Made by a program: the position numbers and the translations under genes. Shown one piece after another: positions 34,222 through 38,095 of a stretch of DNA of 38,095 nt. The notes under the pieces are model-generated. The model saw nothing but the letters and a program-made list of their open reading frames with translations. It searched no databases and was not told the origin of the DNA. Location: the IMG/VR virus record IMGVR_UViG_3300042355_001092, positions 1 through 38,095 of that record; one strand, written 5' to 3'. Source of the DNA: a virus (taxonomy: Duplodnaviria > Caudoviricetes). Position 1 is the first letter of the stretch. Each line of letters opens with the position of its first letter.

Positions 34222-35053
34222 ACTCCCTGTGATCCGCTTCACCGATGAGGAACTCGACTTGTTCGCCTGTGGTGGCGCGAAACGCGCCGTCAAATGCATC
34301 ACCAAAAAACGCACACCCGCCGAGGGCGCGGGGCATTTCAACGATTGGCAGTACACCATCGAGGGCGCGTTGACCGAGGCGGCACTTGCCAAGCACCTCG
34401 GGGTTTACCCGACCGGATTCACCAGCATCGGCGCAAGCGACTGCTCGGGGCATGAGGTGCGATCCTCGCCGCACCACGATGCTCCTCTCCGAATGATGGA
34501 GAAGGACAAGGACAATGTCCCTTACTGGCACATCACCGGAGTCAACGGAAGCTACACCATACGAGGATGGATATACGGGCGGGACGCAAAGCGGGACGAG
34601 TGGTGGGGTGTGTGGAAGCGTCCAGAGCATCCTTGCTATTGGGTTCCCCAATCCGCACTCAATTCTCCCCATGAACGACCAACCATCACGCCGACCGGTC
34701 CCGAGGACTGCGAGGCACAACCAGAAAAAGAAACAGAACCAATGATCACACTATCCATCGATGTCTCGAAACTCGACAAATCCCGATTCAAGCGGGTCAC
34801 CAAGAAGAACGGCGACCTTGCCATCTACTGCGAACTCATCCTCCTCGACACGCCCAACGGGCAATACGGGGACTACATGGTGAAGCAGGGACTGACCAAG
34901 GCGGAACGGGACGAGGGAATCCAAATGCCGATCCTTGGCAACGGGAAGGATGTGGTCTCGACACATCGGGTCCGCGATGCCGTCCGCGAACCCGCGCCGG
35001 TCAACCGGCAAGTGGAGATCGCAACCTCCGAGGACGAGGACATTCCATTTTGA
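34214..35053 (+). CDS. PD-(D/E)XK-like domain in frame with a C-terminal SSB-like domain (internal ATG 34742)
   Basis: N-terminal G...E.A.AK, D...EVR, GW..G and Y.VPQ..L motifs; C-terminal SIDV.K.DK, PILGN and acidic EDEDIPF tail. Confidence 0.7.
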   Translation: MCELPVIRFTDEELDLFACGGAKRAVKCITKKRTPAEGAGHFNDWQYTIEGALTEAALAKHLGVYPTGFTSIGASDCSGHEVRSSPHHDAPLRMMEKDKDNVPYWHITGVNGSYTIRGWIYGRDAKRDEWWGVWKRPEHPCYWVPQSALNSPHERPTITPTGPEDCEAQPEKETEPMITLSIDVSKLDKSRFKRVTKKNGDLAIYCELILLDTPNGQYGDYMVKQGLTKAERDEGIQMPILGNGKDVVSTHRVRDAVREPAPVNRQVEIATSEDEDIPF

Positions 35054-36609
35054 AAGACCAGATCACCGACCCTCGGTGGAGACTGGCGAACCTGTATTCC
35101 ATCAAGCAGGAGGATACCGGCAAGCGTCTCCGATTCACGCCGCGACCGGAGCAGGGCGAGGTCATCTCGCACCTGCTCGACCGCCCGACCGAGCCACTCT
35201 ACATCATCAAGAGTCGCCGCCTCGGGATGTCCACGACCATCGGGTTGTTCATGGCGGATCACGCCGCATTTAACTCGGGGTTCAAGGGATCGCTCATCGA
35301 CCAGACGCAAGCGGATGCCCACCGGAAGATGGCGGACATCATGCGATTTGGCATCTCGTCTCTCCCACCGGCGATCCTCGACACGATGGAATTCCCAAAG
35401 CGGAATGACGGCGAGATGACGATCCTCACCAAGGGACAGGAGGAAACCTCGACCTCGACCCTGTATGCGGGAATGAACGCCCGAGGCGGCACGGCGAATA
35501 TGCTCTGGATTTCCGAGTGGGGACCGATTGCCGCAACCGACTTCACTCGGTCGCGGGAGATTCGCACCGGCGCGTTGCCATCCGCCCGAGCCGGTCGCCG
35601 CATTGTGGAAACCACATGGTACGGGGGCAAGGGCGGCGACCTGTGGGAACTGATACGACCCATCCTTGAGCATGATCCGAATGCCGAGGGGCGCGTGTTG
35701 TTTTTCCCTTGGCACTCTGACCCGTCATGCTTCCGACTCACCGGCGAACTCACCTCGGACATCGAGGGCTATTTCCGAGACCTCGGGGATCGCCTCGGAA
35801 GGACATTCTCTCGCGAGCAGAAACTCTGGTACGCCGCACGGCGATTGGAGCAGGGGATTTTCATCAAACGCGAATATCCCTCGACCCTTGAAGAGGCGAT
35901 GTCCGCGCCGGTCGAGGGCGCGATCTACGGGGATGCGATCACAGCACTCCGAGACCGAGGACGCATCAAGCCGAGCGAAGTGGATCACTCGGCACTCGTC
36001 CACACCTTTTGGGACTTGGGATCACCCGAGAACACCATCGTCTGGTATGCCCAACTCGTCGCGGACGAGATAAGACTCATCGACATCGACTACGGGTTCG
36101 ATGGCGACCTGGTGCAACGCATCTCGCATATGCAAAGCAAAGGCTACCCGCTCGGCACTCACTACCTTCCGCACGATGCCGCCGCGACCAAGACCTCGGG
36201 GCGGTCATTTCAAGCAGAACTCCGCGATGCCGGTCTCGCCAACACCCGCATCGTTCCTCGGACGCAAAACATTTGGGTGGGCATCAATCGTCTCCTTCAA
36301 ATGTTCCCGCGCCTCACCTTCCGAACACCGGCTTGCGAACGAGGGGTGGAGGCATTGGAGAACTACCGCACCCGACCCGTCAACCAAGGGGCGGTCAGCA
36401 TGGATGAACCGGTCCACGATTGGTCATCCCATGCTTCCGATGCTCTGCGAATGCTGGCGGAAGCAGTCATGCATGGTCTGGTCGAGGGCGGAAGCAGGGA
36501 CGCAACGCTCGGGCGGCGGATGATGCGGAACGCCGGTCAGCAAGTGCTGATGGGCTTTCGCGGGGATGACCCTCCAAAGCAACGCCGGTCCGTTGTCATC
36601 CAAGCATGA
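35050..36609 (+). CDS. terL: Terminase large subunit
   Basis: WRL.NLY.I, KSRRLGMST (Walker A-like), LWISEWG (Walker B), FFPW, EYP, WDLG and HDWSSHASDALR. Confidence 0.93.
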   Translation: MKDQITDPRWRLANLYSIKQEDTGKRLRFTPRPEQGEVISHLLDRPTEPLYIIKSRRLGMSTTIGLFMADHAAFNSGFKGSLIDQTQADAHRKMADIMRFGISSLPPAILDTMEFPKRNDGEMTILTKGQEETSTSTLYAGMNARGGTANMLWISEWGPIAATDFTRSREIRTGALPSARAGRRIVETTWYGGKGGDLWELIRPILEHDPNAEGRVLFFPWHSDPSCFRLTGELTSDIEGYFRDLGDRLGRTFSREQKLWYAARRLEQGIFIKREYPSTLEEAMSAPVEGAIYGDAITALRDRGRIKPSEVDHSALVHTFWDLGSPENTIVWYAQLVADEIRLIDIDYGFDGDLVQRISHMQSKGYPLGTHYLPHDAAATKTSGRSFQAELRDAGLANTRIVPRTQNIWVGINRLLQMFPRLTFRTPACERGVEALENYRTRPVNQGAVSMDEPVHDWSSHASDALRMLAEAVMHGLVEGGSRDATLGRRMMRNAGQQVLMGFRGDDPPKQRRSVVIQA

Positions 36610-36998
36610 CTCCGGTCGAACTCGCCGCCGCCGTTTACGAGCAGGAGGAATGCGCCCGATCATTTCGCGAGGATTTGGAGGCACACCTCCTGCACGGGTA
36701 TGTCTACTCGCATCCCGAGGCATTTGTCATGGGGAGACCGGTGCGGAAAGACGCGCCTCGCGAGGACATAGTTAACCCTTGGGTGAACTTCACCGATCCC
36801 GACTGCTGGCATCTCTACCTCTTCGCCGGTCCATTCCATGCCGCATTCGCCGCGCCTCCATTTCAACTCCCGTGGGTTTCATACGAACGAAAAAACAAGT
36901 TGCGGTTCTATCGGTGGAGTGATATCGAGCGTCAATGCACGAAATTCCATTCCTCTCAATCGTCTCACGGGTGTGCCAACACCTCGTCCGCTCTTTGA
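36606..36998 (+). CDS. Conserved hypothetical protein, possibly acyltransferase-like
   Basis: GYV.S....F.M.RPV, DCW..YL.AG and LPW..YER pattern. Confidence 0.6.
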   Translation: MTPVELAAAVYEQEECARSFREDLEAHLLHGYVYSHPEAFVMGRPVRKDAPREDIVNPWVNFTDPDCWHLYLFAGPFHAAFAAPPFQLPWVSYERKNKLRFYRWSDIERQCTKFHSSQSSHGCANTSSAL

Positions 36999-37324
36999 CT
37001 CCAGAACTTGCCCTTGCCGGTGGAATGCAAATCCCTGTTGAAGCACCCATCGAAAAGCCGGTGCTGGAACTTTTCAAGGGCGGGAAAAGCAAGCCAGCAC
37101 CACCACCACCTCCTCCTGCACCTCCCGTCATTAACATTCCTCCCCCGCCACCACCACCGCCACCACCGCCGCCACCTCCCGCCGCCTCTTCCGCCGATGT
37201 AACCATGGAACAGCAAGAGACGCTCAAGAATCGCGCCAAGGGATTTGGCTACAAGGCGACCTTGCTGAACAATAATTCGGCGACCAACTCCGCGACCGGC
37301 TCGGGATCACTCCTCGGGTCTTAA
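36935..37324 (+). CDS. Pro-rich small virion protein preceding the portal
   Basis: KGGKSK-P(n), basic G...T.L segment and terminal SLLG typical of this slot; start uncertain (36935 or 37025). Confidence 0.7.
   Translation: MHEIPFLSIVSRVCQHLVRSLTPELALAGGMQIPVEAPIEKPVLELFKGGKSKPAPPPPPPAPPVINIPPPPPPPPPPPPPPAASSADVTMEQQETLKNRAKGFGYKATLLNNNSATNSATGSGSLLGS
36970..36983. promoter_or_regulatory. Operator-like palindrome GGTGT-N4-ACACC
   Basis: GGTGTGCCAACACC. Confidence 0.6.
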
Positions 37325-37333
37325 CGCGCCACC

Positions 37334-37347
37334 GGTGTGCCTACACC
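37334..37347. promoter_or_regulatory. Operator-like palindrome overlapping the portal start codon
   Basis: GGTGTGCCTACACC contains GTG 37337. Confidence 0.6.
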
Positions 37348-38095
37348 CACTCCCACACTAGAAAAGTACGAGAAGACCGGCGGGTCCGAGGAACTGGCGA
37401 AAGCTATCCTCTCCCGCTATTCCCGTTTGGAGCAGGATCGCGCCTACTGGATGTCGATGTGGCAATCCATTTCCGATCTGGTGATGCCGCGCAAAAGTTA
37501 CATCCTCACCCAACAAATCTCGCCGACCACCGACAAGGAACAACGACTCTTCGACTCCACCGCCGTCCGCGCCAACATGGTGCTTGCCGCCGGTTGCATG
37601 AGTTACATCACACCGGCGGATTCGCGTTGGTGCAGTTTTGAAGCACCGGAAGGGATCGAGGACGGCGAGGGTGTGCAGGAGTATTTTGCCGAGGTCACCG
37701 AGGCGGTGCTGGAGGCACTTTCCCGATCCAACTTCCACTCGGCGATCCATGAACTTTACCTCGACCGAGGATGTTTCGGAACGGCGGTTATCTTCGCCGA
37801 GGCGGGGGAAACCACTCCAATCATCTTTCGCAACATCGATGTCGGCACATTCGTTCTCTCGGAGAACCATGAGGGAGTGGTGGACACTTGCTTCCGCAAG
37901 TTTGAGATGACCGCCCGTCAGATCGTGGAGGAATTCGGAATCGAGAATGTCTCCGACCAAATCAAGAAGTGCTACGAGGAGCAGAAGAACCTCGACCAGA
38001 AATTTGAAATCCTCCACGGGGTCTATCCCCGCTCGGAGAAGGAACGGAACCCCAAGAAACTCGACGGGAAAAACAAACCCTTCGCCAGTTGCTAC
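37337..38095 (+). CDS. Portal protein, N-terminal part (continues at the window start)
   Basis: Hand translation gives R...W...W..I.D..MP, FDSTA, W, SNF...IHE.YLD...FGTA and G.VDT..R.F.MTARQIV.EFG; open to the end of the window. Confidence 0.9.
   Translation, partial: MPTPTPTLEKYEKTGGSEELAKAILSRYSRLEQDRAYWMSMWQSISDLVMPRKSYILTQQISPTTDKEQRLFDSTAVRANMVLAAGCMSYITPADSRWCSFEAPEGIEDGEGVQEYFAEVTEAVLEALSRSNFHSAIHELYLDRGCFGTAVIFAEAGETTPIIFRNIDVGTFVLSENHEGVVDTCFRKFEMTARQIVEEFGIENVSDQIKKCYEEQKNLDQKFEILHGVYPRSEKERNPKKLDGKNKPFASCY
37921..38095. repeat. Terminal direct repeat / circular assembly overlap, copy 2
   Basis: Matches 1-175 with one mismatch. Confidence 0.97.

Larger units (their letters stand above)
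1..38095 (+). mobile_element. Complete circular temperate podovirus genome (37,920 bp unit), BPP-1/T7-like virion module
   Basis: End overlap of 175 nt. Portal, capsid, tail tubular, TerL, integrase, attP, replication and lysis genes are all present, and no host housekeeping genes are seen. Confidence 0.95.

Noticed and set aside
37095-37185. CCA/CCG/CCT microsatellite as a phase-variation tract
   Set aside because: Mixed synonymous codons encoding poly-proline indicate protein-level selection, not a slippage repeat.
1-38095. Stop-codon reassignment
   Set aside because: Genes tile the genome under the standard code, and TAA, TAG and TGA all end credible genes.

Overview
The window is an apparently complete, circularly permuted 37,920-bp temperate podovirus genome. 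Bases 37921-38095 repeat bases 1-175, and the portal gene is split across this join. The virion module has BPP-1/T7-like order: TerL, a Pro-rich small protein, portal, Bbp19-like protein, scaffold, capsid, tail tubular A/B, three internal (ejection) proteins and an RCC1-tipped tail fibre. It is followed by a lysis cassette with a YkuD-like endolysin, an attP that is the 3' end of a tRNA-Pro, a tyrosine integrase, a run of five tiny ribbon-helix-helix (RHH) genes plus an excisionase, Bet/exonuclease, an MTase and DUF1376/DnaC-like replication genes. Every credible gene is on the + strand and no CI/Cro switch is visible. The most notable observations are: (1) a 3169-aa ejection polyprotein whose effector modules (unknown domain, HhH glycosylase-like, ADP-ribosyltransferase, unknown) are each bounded by a repeated (N)YS(V/I)R motif that is partly conserved in the DNA; (2) a circularly permuted Amidase_3-like domain on a second ejection protein; (3) two families of palindromic operator-like sites together with the RHH array; (4) a structured RNA leader on the capsid gene. 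All family assignments are from motif recognition by eye, not database searches. A Verrucomicrobiota host is only an inference.
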